From Lingula anatina (Eukaryota; Animalia; Brachiopoda), in contig CM120649.1 of NCBI GenBank assembly GCA_051362555.1, forward strand, positions 17,312,567 through 17,376,566: 64,000 bases of DNA, read 5' to 3'. The stretch's first letter is position 1, and every line of letters starts with the position of its first letter. The notes below the pieces were generated by a model. The model ran no database searches, was not told where the DNA came from, and saw only the letters and a program-made list of their open reading frames with translations. Positions 49,838 through 63,200 of the stretch are shown in pieces. The position numbers were made by a program, and so were the translations under genes.

Positions 49838-51351
49838 CTGTCTGTAAGTCTATAGCTGTTTATCTTTTATATTTCTGGATAAATATTAGAAGAAATTATT
49901 CTGTGGAAATTTATTTTCTTTCTGTAGATTTGTGCGTTAGAGATGAGAGGACTTGGGTGGGGAGGGGGTTAATTTCACAATACAACTAAAGGTGAAAGAC
50001 TGCTTAAGATTTAGCTGTCTCAGTTGCATTGAGGCATTTCAACTACACATAAAGGCCAGTTGTTTGTAAGATGCTCTGATTATATGGCAAAGTTAACTTT
50101 AAGTAGTTAGCTATCTGATGGTAGCAGTCTAAGCTAAGCACAAAAACTAACTTTTTGTAAAATAGTCCCCAAGCTGTAAGATTTTATGGGAAACATAAAG
50201 CCAGCATAAATGGCTTTATAAGATTGATGGCTATATATTGTCAGTGTGTTATATGTTCCTTATATTAGATAAGTGTATACCTTTTGTTTTTAGAATATGT
50301 AATAAATACTTTTCATATTGAAGGCAATTGTCCAGTATTTTTCAATACCTGAAAAATGGTAGGATTTTGAAATATGTTGATAGATATTTCCTAATAAGAA
50401 TCCAAGTACCTTAAACGTTTTTGCAGTTCATGAGTCAATATTAAGAAAAAAATACATTTATCAAATTGCTGAGAATAAATGCGTGTTGACTGTAGAATTA
50501 ATATAAGTAGATGATATGATCTGTAAACATCTCCCCGAAGGTGGGTGTTTTTTGCAAAATTAAAGCCTATGTCCACATGTTTATGATATATTTCCTTTAA
50601 AATGTTTTCAAAAAGAAAAAATAACATATCTTTTACATGCATCTGTACAGTATAGGTAGCCCCTGTAAAAAGGAGATGGATTTTAAAAAGTAGATGAATA
50701 AACGAAGTAGAAATCAAGTAAAAGATTTAAAAAAAAAAAAAATCCACAACACTTCGGATGCCAAGTTAACACATTTGTCCACCAATCAACAACTGATCAG
50801 TTGGATAAGAAAAATATATATAGTCTGTGAATTTTTACTTTCTCTGGCATAGTGCTAGCATGGCAAGTGGCTGATAATTACCAACCATTGATGACATAAA
50901 TTAAGCTCTAAGAACCATATAATTTCACTCATTGTGAGTACAGCCTAGTATTGAAGAATACCCAGATATTGTATATTGTCATATTAATAGCTTGAGGTTC
51001 GCCAAGTTCAGTAGAGTTCAGTTCTTAGTATGCAAGCAGACACGAAAGTCTGTGAAAGTTGGATTGAGCACTGATGTGGGATGTTCCAATTTCCCATAAT
51101 GCATTGCTGTTTCTGTGACGCAATCTATGAAAGAAAAGTCTTTGAAATATGACATGCATTGCTAATAATGGTAGGCAATGATGGAAAAAAACCCACATAG
51201 TTTGCAGAGTGATTTAAGTCTAAAATGAACATTCAACATTGTCCAAACTGTAAAGATGGATCGAGACAGCCAGTAGGATTCAGTTGATCCATTCTGAATT
51301 TTTTTTTTAGGTGATATGCTTGTGTTTATTTCAAGCAAATGGCTATTCCAT

Positions 51352-51635
51352 TCACTGCACAACATCCCATGTGTAGCGCTTGTTGCAGACCAAGTTCTCC
51401 TGTAACATTTTGTTTTTCGCACACGTTCGGCTCATGTAGATCCAGCAGTGCATTTTACGCCCTCCTGTTTCATGTCCGTAGCATGTATCGTGGAGGAAAA
51501 TCAGCTGACGACAGCATTTTTCGCTCTTAGGGGTGCCAGCCATGCAACAATCCTTCAACCTGTCGATGCTGTCGTAGCAGCATTGAAGGTCAAACAGGCA
51601 GCAGGCAGGCATAAGCCGTTCACAGCAATCGTAAC
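51352..51635 (-). CDS. Novel cysteine-rich protein, terminal exon
   Basis: Minus-strand acceptor TTTTCTTCTCCCCAG, phase 1. (G)YDCCERLMPACCLFDLQCCYDSIDRLKDCCMAGTPKSEKCCRQLIFLHDTCYGHETGGRKMHCWIYMSRTCAKNKMLQENLVCNKRYTWDVVQ*. GC-rich island; minus-strand AATAAA at 51330-51325. Confidence 0.8.
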
Positions 51636-54154
51636 CTGGGGAGAAGAAAAATTAAATGTATAACTTTGAATTGTGGAAAAATGCAAAACATTGAATATAT
51701 CGAATGAAAGACATAACTTCATGTTTTGGGTGGCAGGGGTGAAGAAATAAATATAAGAAAAATGAAGTACTGTAATTTCTTACTTAATTTAAACAAAATT
51801 GATTCATTGTATGCATTATAGAACAATGTTTTGTTAGTAAATGTAAAACAGATGATTTAAATGTCAAAGAAAAGGAAATTATTTGGGCTCCTGCCAGAAG
51901 GCCTTGTTTCGTGAGTGATTAAAATCATTTTGATAAATCTCGACAGGGTGAAATATTGCAATATGTGAGTTGATGGAAACATGAGAAATTGCCCTATCAT
52001 TTACAGAGTGGATGATTTATACTGATGCTGTGTAATAAGATTCTAGAGTTAGATATTGAAATCGTCTGTCAGTGATGAATTTAAGTAAGACAAAGTTAGT
52101 TTTTTATGAAGAAACTGCAGTCTTCTATTTCTTTTAGATGTTTCAAATTCTAGGTGTAATGACTGTTGATTTAGTTACTGTATACTATTTGGTTGCCATA
52201 AACAAAGCATTCCAACAAGCATTTTGTAAGGTCTTTATGACTGTGTTATGTGATATATTGGAAAGTTGAAAAAAAAAGTCAACATTGTAAAAAAAGTAGT
52301 CCTTTTTAGGAGTTGATTTGGTGTAAATTTTAAAAATAGGTGGACTATACAGGCAATTCACACATACACACACATGCACGCACACACACACACACACACT
52401 CACACACACATTCAAACATCATAGCTATCACGTAGTGTGAATACCTGTTGGGAATTTACTGTTCATTCTTTGTTTTATGCAGTAGCAGTCATGCCAAACA
52501 CATGAATCCTTGTTAGAAAAATGTGTTTTCTTGATTTATTGAACAAATTAATATTTTGAAGTGGCACATTTGTCACAACATTGGCAGGGTTTCAAAATTA
52601 ATCATGCACAAGTAATTCTACATTTAATGATTTCCTGTTGAAAGTATTTTTTTGTGCAGCAAAACTCATTTGTATAAAGGTTTTTCTGGACTTCTGATTT
52701 AAGTCCAAGTATCCAGTTCGTGCTTAAGAAATAACCTGAAAATATATATATGAAATCTATCCAAAGTCAAATACTTTAACTAAGGGCTTGGCATCAGAGG
52801 TGTCTATGGCTTAAAAATGCAATCAAACCAGGCTAGTTAAGCTATTTAATTAATGTCAAATCCAACCGACTGATTTCACTCTATTTATGTTACACATTTG
52901 TCCGAGTTGCTAAGCTACTGTTGAATAATAAGATGATCTGGACTTATTCCGTTATGCAACTTTGAGAAAGTACAAAATCTGATTCTACTTAAGACAGCTA
53001 CTGTTGTCTTTTTCTTCTTAGAATGAAAGCAAAATAAAAGGCTTTAGTTTGTCATTAAGTGTTCAATGTGATCACATTTGGAACATATTTTGCTACCAGT
53101 ACATAGGAGTTAGGATGGATGCATTGGGCAGACGTGAATGCCATGATGATGTAATGTTAAAAGAAAAAAAAATTAACCAGAAGAAAAAGTTGCATCATTT
53201 ACTTGCAAGTGAAGATATAATTGTGTAATGATATTGACATTGGTTATAAATGCACAGTGGTAGAAGTAAATAAGGCCTCAAATACAAATCGCTTTAAAAT
53301 ATAGCAAAAAGTCTGTCAGTTATCAGGACATCTTCATAACTGTATTTTTGCATGATTTGTTTTAAGAAAAAAATAAATAAAGCCATTAACATAAAAGGTG
53401 CTTCTAAAGATCGACATATGCAAAGACAGAATTGATGATGTAGAGGATTTTCAGTGGCATAAAATGGTACAATAGATATATAGTAAATGCCCAACACTTT
53501 TATAAGATTGGTCTACAAATAGTCAGTTTTCTATTTGTAACATCTTGTAGAAAACCCTCCCAGACAGGGAATATTAGATAATATTCTGTAAAGGTAAAAG
53601 AGCCTAGAATGAGTTAATGATTAGATCCCACCTTGTACGAGGTGGTGTAAAGCTTTGATTAATGGATATCAGACTCGTGTTAGATAATGGTTTACTCCGC
53701 TATTCAGACAGACAAACATGGCTGACACTACTAATTAATACCTGTTAGACCAGCCTGAAGCTATAGCAGCAGGTCAGAAATATCAGGATTGATGTATAAA
53801 TATATTCTGGAAACTATTTGAAGATCAAGGAAGTGCTAGTTTGGAGGTCAGGAAGAGATGAAGTCAGCATGTGCTGCAAATGAACAGAAATAAATCAATT
53901 TTTGATAGGAGGGGGGAGAGAGCTATTTTCTAAGCGATGATGAGTTTTTTTTTTCATAGGTAGACAGGTGGATCAGAAGGAGGTCTTGAACCTTTTTAAA
54001 CTTGTATTTGGATTGAGGAAGTGCATATTTGCGTGTTGGGATGTTTGGAAAATGAAACGGCAAAATCCTTGGAAGCTAGGGTATTTGGTTGGGATATTCA
54101 GATGCTATTATTCAGATAAACTTTTTTTGCAGGATGAGGTTGCATGGATGTGTG

Positions 54155-54157
<3 letters not shown>

Positions 54158-54202
<45 letters not shown>
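54158..54202. repeat. (GA)n microsatellite
   Basis: Direct reading; explains the ERERER ORF. Confidence 0.95.
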
Positions 54203-54205
<3 letters not shown>

Positions 54206-55650
54206 AGGAAAAGGAATTTATGTAAAAAAAAGCATAATAATATTAATAAAGATTATATACAGATGTGCTGTAAAAGTTATTTTATTAATTTTATGATAGA
54301 GAAATTGGGCTCTTATTAATCTCATGGTCATTTTTAACTACTTGTAAACACGCCCTTTCATATGTGCTTAGTAATAAGATAAATTGTGAACGAAGCTTCT
54401 CTTATTAAATTTAGGATATTTGTGAGCATGGCCTCTCTTACATCAAGTTAGGCTAGTTGTGAACGCAGCCTCCCATAAACGGGCCTAGCCCAGTTTCTGA
54501 CCCTGTGTCGGCACTAGTTTCATCACCGATGACCTCGCTAGCTTATGCAGTATTTTATAAACACAATGTGCTTTGAAAAGAAATAACCTTAGGCCCTACC
54601 AAGGAAGAGTGATTCAAAAAGAAATAACTTGCGGCTTTGCAAATATGAGATGCAAGGAAAATAAATACCCCGAAGTACACGAGAGGCGGGATGCTGCAAA
54701 ACTGGATTGATCCTGAGTTCTACAGGAAGTTACTAATGCCAACTTCCAAATGACAGGCTTTGTTGTGAAAGTCGAGATATTGGAGTTGAAGTTATCAACA
54801 AGTTATGAAAGAGAGGGGCAGGGGTGGGGAGGAACAGGTTTTGTACGACCCAGGTCACAGAAAAAGTGACCTGCCATTAACTGTGTAGAAACTTTTTTTT
54901 TATTCTTCTGCAACGCAATTTTTTAGTGTGTGGGTAATTGAAACACATGTTGAAAATGTTGCGTGCCAGTTGGTTGAGCCACATTGGAAGCAAAAGAATC
55001 CAATTGCAGAAACCACATGGTAGTATGAGTAGGTAGTTTCTTTTTCTATTAGAGAAACTAAGCTGATTGACTAACGACTTGACTTCCACAATGTTTTATC
55101 GTCAGTTAGGAATGTGCCTCATGAAATTTTGGCAAGGTTTCAAAGTTTTTTTCTGTTATATTTTTATATTTAGCTTTTTAAAGCCCTATTATATCCACCC
55201 CAAGGATCTTCAATTATAGCCAAGATGAGAACAGTGATCACATTTTTTTTTCCATACAATTTAAGCTTTTTTGGGGCTTGGGAAGGTCATCCTGCCCATC
55301 CTCCTGCAAAGGTTTTATTGCAATATAATGAATAGCTGAGATTGAGAACAGTGATTTTTTGGCTACCAAAAATATATACCATTGACAGACCAAAATATTT
55401 TGTCCAGCAAAGAATGCCACCAACTGTGTTGGGCACGCAAATTTACTTTGATTTATTCTTCTAAGAAGAACTTAATGTTGGTTTATAACATCATCCCCTG
55501 ACAAAGATTGCAAGAAGTGTAAGACAGAAATATTGGAGTAGTAACTACCAAGGTTTTTTTCTGTTGTTTGCAGATTCTGTTAATGTTGCAAAAGGACATA
55601 CTGTTATTTTTGTTTCCATTTATGCCTCTGTACACCTTTGTTGAGATTGG

Positions 55651-55685
<35 letters not shown>

Positions 55686-56457
55686 CATTATTATTAAACA
55701 AGATTAATGCTTTGCCTGTCAGTGATGGAATAAATTCATTTCTTGTCGGTTTGGATTGATCTGGTAATTGACTGGAAGATATATTGCCATTTGTCATTGC
55801 TACACTCCAGTTTTAACTAGTCTGAAATGCGAAAATCTCTTACCTACTCTCACCAACCCCCACAATATTGTTTGCTCTGATGTATTGTGGCATTTTTGTG
55901 TATATCTCTACATACAGTGGGGGTTCCCACACAGCTCTCCCACATACAATATATTCTTTGTTCTCAATAAGTTGGGCATGGAATTTATGAAATAAAGGGG
56001 AAAGATGCCCTCTCATAGTTATATTTCATGTCGTTTGTTTCTTTCAGAATTCTCAAAGTCATTATTTATGGCATTAAAATTAACTACTAGAGAAATATTT
56101 TCAGTCAGAATTGAAAGATAGAAAATTTTAGATTGAAATTTTTGATCTTATGGTAAAATGCACCAGCTCTTTAGTTATTAAAAAAAAATCGACCTTTAAA
56201 TGTAGTTTTGAGTGGGCAGTTTGGACTTGTTAGCATAAACACAGTTTTTTTTTTTTTTTGCTTATCTGAGACTACTGAAATAGGATAGCCCACTATACAA
56301 ATTTGAATCTTATCTCTGAGACTTACGGAACAATATACTAGTGAAATTTAACTAACTTAAATTCGTAGCAGTCTTTGCTCAGACCTCAGATCAGCTTCAG
56401 TAATTCTGTGAAAGAGGCCCTGATTTCCCATAGATGAAAACATGAATTGGAATTTAC

Positions 56458-56528
56458 CTTTTTCACAGCATCTGTCCACTTCTTTTCCAATGAAACTGTC
56501 ACCTCCCCATGTAGATCTTCTTGTTACT
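56458..56528 (-). CDS. Novel cysteine-rich protein, middle exon
   Basis: Acceptor TTATCATTACAG and donor AAG|GTAAAT. (K)VTRRSTWGGDSFIGKEVDRCCEK(G), 71 nt; the phase-1 end joins the terminal exon and continues the CC pattern. Confidence 0.75.
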
Positions 56529-56644
56529 CTGTAATGATAAATTTTAAAAGAATGGTATAATTATTCAGTTTTGCACTATATGGCTGAAGCTTTCCTTAAT
56601 GATTATAAGTCTGAAGTAAGAATTGAGATGTTCAGAGATCTTAC

Positions 56645-56655
56645 TTGATGTCCAT
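56645..56655 (-). CDS. Novel cysteine-rich protein, first coding segment (MDIK); the start may extend to the ATG at 56754
   Basis: CAAAC-ATG-G context, then CAA|GTAAGA phase-2 donor and a 116-nt intron. The frame is open upstream to an ATG at 56754 (MWFYLLLMWFFS...). Confidence 0.6.
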
Positions 56656-56851
56656 GTTTGAGCTGTCTTTGAAAAATGCAACTGAAAACCTAAAAACAAA
56701 ATCGAATTTGGACTTGCCTGAAAAAAACCACATCAGTAATAGATAAAACCACATCAGCTACAATTTATAGTAAATATATCATTGGAAAAGAGAGCTGGAA
56801 TTTAATTGACCTGATAGCACCTCATTAATGTTATGATATATATGGATATAA

Positions 56852-57190
56852 TCAAAATGGCAACAATGGATGTTGCAATATTGCCAACAATGGACGTATC
56901 ACATTGGCAACAACAATTAGAACCATATTGGCAATGGATGGAACCACATTGGCAACACTAGATGGAACCATGTTGCAATGGATAGATCCATCATAGAAAT
57001 GGATAGTTCCACTTTGCCACAACGGATGGAACCATGTTGGCAACAATGGATAGTCATGGAACCATTTTGGCAACAGACAAAGCCACATTGTCTATAATGA
57101 ATGAAACTGAGTTGACAACAGTGGAAGAAACAATATTGTAAGCAAATTGATGGAACCACATTGGTAACAGCAAAGAGCACTATATGTTGG
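56852..57190. repeat. Degenerate minisatellite, unit about 24 bp
   Basis: Units resembling TTGGCAACAATGGATGGAACCATG; accounts for the repetitive ORFs 56852..57088 and 56917..57240. Confidence 0.85.
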
Positions 57191-58026
57191 CACAACTGGA
57201 TAAAACTGTTTAAAAATGTCAACAAAGAAGAAAATCCCATTTTCTTTCATAGATAAAAAGCATGTTTAGCAGTATATATAACAATGGGCATAAAATGACA
57301 GATGTAGATTTGCAGCAAATGATATAAACACAGGCTTTATAATACATAACACCATCAGGTAACAGATTAGTAGCAAATTCATGAAATATTATGTCTTTGG
57401 TGAGTAACTTTCAAGCTATGACTTCCTGTTGAAATTTGTTTCTTTCATTTCCTGACTAACTAGCGTGTTAAGTTTTTTTCTTAAATGTGAAAAAATTATC
57501 CAAAAAGGGATTTAAGGTGTGATCCCAAGTCAGTGAGCTCACTAATTTTAGCTTCAAGTGATTTGTTTATATACAAACTGAATCCACTGTGTTAACAAAT
57601 TGTACAGTAGCATTTTTTTTTATTTCAGAAGTATTTCTCCAAATTAACTTGTCACTCGTCAAGAGCTACAGCCCACTGTTATCCACACAATTTTTCCAAG
57701 TTGACAAAATTTAAGCTACAAATGTAGGCTTTCCATTGTTTATGTAACTATGGTAGTTATTCGATCTTTTCAGTAGGGGAAAAGTCTGAATTTTACAGAT
57801 ACTATAATTTTTAAGTTTTATATTTTTGATATTAGAACATTACTATTGAGTGATAGATACAAAACTGAAAGGCAGGCCACCTTGTTTTTCTATTCTGTAC
57901 AGTAAAAACACCACATATGGTACACAAAAACATATTCTAATGATGACATGTATCTGAAGATTGATAATTTTTCTGCCATTGAAAAGACGGAGTCATTACC
58001 GTATAACACCCAAGGATGCCAAGCAG

Positions 58027-58172
58027 GGCCTCTTTACTCGAAAGCATCGCGCATTGCAACGGAGCGCAAGCGCTTCGATTCCATAACTAGCCATACTCGC
58101 CCCATATAATACACTGTAGCCTCTTTGTGATATCGCTATTCTCAATATGCGATTCTTTCGAATGATGGGGCC
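58027..58172. mobile_element. Short Harbinger-like MITE with CAG duplication
   Basis: GGCC.C...TCGAAAG.ATCGC ... GCGATTCTTTCGAATGATGGGGCC, with CAG on both sides. Confidence 0.7.
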
Positions 58173-60166
58173 CAGGACAGGATGGCTAAAGAAGCATATG
58201 CAGCCACCAAGGATGTATCACATCAGGACTGAGACCCATGTGTTTAAGTAATTAAAGAAAATGTTGGGAAAAAAGGAATGAAAATGATGCATAAGATTCC
58301 TTGAATTTTGTAAGGGTAAGAATTAAAGGCTAATACATATATCATTGTTTTTACTGTCCTGTGCTTGAGTCCTGCGTGAAGCACATTTCTGAAGGTGCAC
58401 TTTGTGTAATTTCTAATGTAAAACATCTCTCTTAGCTAATTTACTTATGAAGAGGAGGAGTGAGCTAATTAACTTATGTAGAGGAGGAGTGGGGGGGGGG
58501 GGGCTGATTGAAACCAGTTCAGTATCACTAAATATTAAACCTAATGGGCAGAATACAATGATAAATTCCAGTTCTTAGTCTATTATAGTAGACTGTAATT
58601 ATTGCCTGTTTCTCTGTGTTTCTGGCATACCTTTATATCTCAGCTGGAGCTTCCTGGCTTAATGAAGGCAATCAAAGCTCCTCTGGTTTTAAGTACTTCA
58701 GTATCACTTAATTCCTGTGTGGTTCTCACTGATGTCAGAACAATTCAATAATTGGTGATTTTTGCTTTCAAGGCCGTCTATAGTCTCCTGAGCATTTTGC
58801 AATTAGAGGAAAGATTCCAGTTTTTTTTTTTTTTCATCTCTCATTGCTCTATGAGCCAAATTGAAAAAAAAAGGCCCTATTAAGACCAAAGGTTAGCAAT
58901 GACATTTAGTCCTGAAGCTGCAAGGAAGATTTTTTCTCTGTTACCCTTTTTGGTCAACCTTTTAGGTTTTCCTAATAGAAACCCGGGCCCCAAGTAAGGT
59001 TGGTGGAAAGGGGGGGGGGCATACAAGGGACTAAAGCACCTGTTATTTTTCATTTGAAAACCAAATTTCTGTTTTGCATTTGTGACTCAAAGGCAGTAGT
59101 TCAAGAAATATTTGGCTTTTGCTGAAAACAGATACAGCTTTTTGAGAAAATACATGTTTCGTAAACCTAATGACTTCTCAAAAATGTGTTAGAAATATGT
59201 GGAAAAAAAGACAATTTGGTTAAGATATTTCAGATGAATTATGCACATAAATCAACGACACGTTCTCCCCAGTCATTGCAGGTGAAATCATATCTTTGAT
59301 GGAAATGAGGTTTGGGGCCACCAGTTGGAATCCAAGGGGGCCCAGCTGTGGATGTTTCCAGAAAACACCAATGTATTGCATATAGGAGCACTTGTAAGAG
59401 ACGGAACACTATGAACCACAGGTTAATCTCCAGATAGGAAGAACTTAAGACTGGTGGGTTTCAAAATGTCATATAAACAGACATGTCTGCTACAGCACTG
59501 TTAACGTTTGAGGCATGTTACCACAGTGGCTTTGCCATCTGTCACCTTTGACTCAGCAGACGGTACCAACATGTTATTTACGCTCCCAAACCTGCCCCTG
59601 ATATAATATTTCCTTCCAGCTAAATCGTTTGATCCTTTCGTTAAAAATGCAGGAAGAAAGAAAGCTTCTTGCGAGGCATTTTACAAGGTCCCTGCCTGGT
59701 TCTGCCTCAAAGTAATTAGGGTACTATTTTCACCAGGAATGTTCTATTTTTAGTCTTGGGTGGATTATGTGAGGCTTTGTTCTGCAACTGTGCACATAGT
59801 TTTTTGTCAGTCAAGTGTGAAATATTTTGAAGCCACTCCAAATGTTATTGTAAGGATATGCTGGAAAACACTAATGTGCCATTTGAGACGTAGAAGTAAA
59901 ATGTGTTTACAAGCAGCTACAAATAAAAACAGTATTGTACCTGTGGTGCAAAATGTAAAGAAAAAATGCCCTCTTCATCAAATAATTAACTGATTGACTT
60001 TTTCTGATAAGGTAAACTTTATCAAATAATTGACTTTTTCAAATTGCACATTTATTGATCAAATTATAGAAGGATAATTTGCTGAAATTTAGGGGGAAAG
60101 GCTGACCAGTGTAGTCTAGAGGCATCTTCCCCATGGAACTATCCTTCTATATGTAGATCTATCTAG

Positions 60167-60290
60167 TTCTGTGGGGACTCTCGCTGAATGCAATCAGACT
60201 AGCAGATTAACACACCTCTTGTTTCCAACACCAAGGAGGATGCATGTTAATTTGTACATCTGATTGCATTCAGCAAGTGTCCCCACAGAA
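60167..60290. mobile_element. MITE family C hairpin core, copy 2
   Basis: 32-bp inverted arms with 2 mismatches (TTCTGTGGGGACTCTCGCTGAATGCAATCAGA); same arms as 49686-49800. Confidence 0.8.
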
Positions 60291-63200
60291 TGGGATCAAT
60301 CAAAGTTAGGTGTTGGGTCCCATGATAAACGTTCTCACCTGATTTAGACGAGACAAACATTTCCGCTCAGGTTTTTTTTTTGTTAATGCAAAAGGTGGTC
60401 TAGGTGATGACTGCCAGGAGCAATGCAAATTTGCACGTGTTTTATGTCACAATACTGGTAGCCGTGGAGGAAATTGGAAAGGTTGTTAACAGGCGATCGG
60501 ATCAATCTTAATTTATATTAATCCGAGGCTTGTATAGTTATGGCAGACTATACTGCCTTTGCATGTCAATGAATATCTGTTTCTTTTCTTTCTTTTTATT
60601 TTCATTCCCCCCCTTGAAGATAGGTTTACATTTTCGTCTCACCTAGCAAAAGCAATGCTTGAAGTGAGAGGTATGTTCAATAAGCTAATCTGATCGCGTT
60701 GCAATAAGATATTTCTTTTTTTATCTGATCATTTTATCAGTGATGGAACATGACATTTGGATTTACTGCTTGGTTATTATTAGCTAAACTCAATTGTAAC
60801 TGTCAAATGAAACATATAGGCTCCGACAGCAGTCCATTGTTCAACCCGCAATATTGATTTTTCGTCTATTAATTTTAGACACTGTTTTACGTAAACGGAT
60901 ATGTGGCAGTCATTCTTCTTTGTATCTGAATTTAATAAATTTGAATATAAAGAGAACTGTGTTGCAGCTATTTCGTGCTGAGGTAAGGTTCTTGTTTGGT
61001 GATCGAATTTAATAAATTCATACCGAATACCGATTTTTTTCGTTTGTTGGTAAATATTACCAGCAGATAGTACCTATTTTTAGTTCACAATTTTTTATTC
61101 CATTTTTTGCCCTTTATTTAAAAAAAAGAAAAACAAACAATCTGCTCTCACAATAAAAAACAAACATTATTTCAAAGGTTTATGGACTCCCCTTCTTGTT
61201 TTCAATTTGTTTGATGGCTATTATCCTTCAGCAACACCTGCAGTACCACTTAATTAAGTCTTTTCTTAGCCTAATATCCCATTTAAGCTGCAGATGATTA
61301 TGAATCCTAAGCACAGGATTTCTAGGAAATTGGCCTGTCTGTTCCAGAATGTGGTGTTTTCCACACAAGTTGGCTCAACCCGTTTGTGCCAATCTAGTCT
61401 CAGCAGGCTGATTATGTCTGCTGATCAGAGTAGAACCCCCTTTTCACTAGACTGCATCCTTTATGTATCCCATAGTATGGCCCATTTGAGAGTAAAAAAA
61501 ACAAAACAAAACAAAACATGCTGACAACTGGCCGATCATTGAGCCGGTCATTGAATATCATTTTGCAACCAAAGCAATGCTTGTGCCTCCTTTCTATGAC
61601 CACAGCAACTAATTAGAACAATTTTGTTTGGAAAACCAGATCAGTTAGGCCTAATTATTACTGACCATTGTAGAATTAGAATCTGCTCGTCATGTTAGAT
61701 TCAGTCTGTTGATTTGTCTGCTACGATGGAACATGCTTGTATAGTTAGCTAGGCCCATCTTGGTTGGGAATATGCCTTTAGAGTTCATATTTGCAAAATG
61801 TTTCTGAATTTAACCTTTAAGGCATCTGCTATAATGCACAGTGAAAGAGCTATTAGTATCTTCTCATTGTCTTCTTACCCTTAACAAATCACCCTAGGGA
61901 GCACGCTATTTTAATTGGAATCATTTGATAGAGTGGGGTTTTTTTTTTTCACTCTTATCTCTATTATTTTATGTGACAGGACGCCTGTGCCTGAAAGCTC
62001 TCACACACCTAGGTCTTCTCTTATACTACTATTTAAGTCCGTTTTACACCAAAGTCGGCTATAGATCTTAGCTGACTAAATTGCTTTTTGCAGAGAAAGG
62101 CTGCCAGCCGTATTAAAAATGTTTAAGGGAAGTGGGCATGCAATGAGGCCCTTTTGATTGTCTTTACAATGGTTTTTATTATCAGTCATTTTACAGGTGT
62201 GTGTGTTTGTGTGCGTGCGTGCATGTGTGTGTGTGTGTGTTAACCACATTTATTGTGCACCATTCTTTTTGGTATATGTATGCATTTACAGTTATCAAAT
62301 GATATGCTGAATCGGTGTGCACAAAGTCAAGTTATAACTCAGCTGGGATTGCAACCTAAAGCAACTTTCTGATCCTTCACGAAAAATATGTTGACCCTGC
62401 TGTTACCAGTGAACCAATGTTTTATTTAGAACACTGCACTTGACTGAACTCCTCTCCGTGCATCACAACTTTTTTGTTGGCATTAAAATGAAGAGAGTTG
62501 TTAGAAAGAGACCAACAATGAAGGATGTCGATATAAAATGTTGTTCTTTTTTAAATAACTGCATGCTTATATTTCTTTAATCCTTTAGTTAAAATCGTTA
62601 AGCAGTCTGCCTACAGTTTAACTTGCAAAACAAGTGGTCAGCTCAGTTGATAGAAGGCATGGCCAGAAATAAACGGGGTACCATAATATTATTGAGTGTA
62701 AAGACAGGCAAGGGCTTGTTTTTCACATTGAATAGCATTACTATTTACAATATACTCTGTGAAAATAAAGGTTAAGTTGTATCTGTACGTGGGCCTAGGG
62801 GCCATCTGGACTGGCCTGTACCAACAGCAAAACTGTATTTTAAATTGGTAGACAGAAGATGTTGCTTAAAATAGACCCATTTCTTTTTATTAAGGAAAAG
62901 AAAGTATTTACAATTATATTATAATTAAAATAATCTATGCTAGTTAAATAGAACAGTGTATGAAAAAAAAAAAGAAAATTTTACAAAATGCATTGATTTT
63001 ACAATCTTATTATCTTATAGTGTATTTTTAAAGGATAGTGTAGGTTATATCTCAATGTATTTGGTTTACAGTATTAAGGTCTCTGGGCACCAGAAATAAG
63101 AATAGAAAGCCCAGGAGAGGAGGAAGAGCCATCTGGACTTGCTTGTGACACAAACCAAAAGGGGAAGTATGATATATTTGACGTGTGCCCTTTGGACTTT

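Noticed and set aside
52445-52466. Alternative phase-1 first exon MNSKFPT for the cysteine-rich gene
   Set aside because: Phase-compatible, but the donor is weaker, and the exon at 56458-56528 continues the CC pattern and is better supported.
54089-55797. ORFs with ER, poly-Leu and poly-Asn runs
   Set aside because: Translations of (GA)n and (TTA)n microsatellites.
59620-59711. Exon-like segment (TTCCAG acceptor, AAA|GTAATT donor)
   Set aside because: Weak donor, ambiguous frame, no recognisable motif and no partner exons.
62330-62670. tRNA-like A/B box fragments (also near 7770)
   Set aside because: No cloverleaf can be formed; at most decayed SINE heads.
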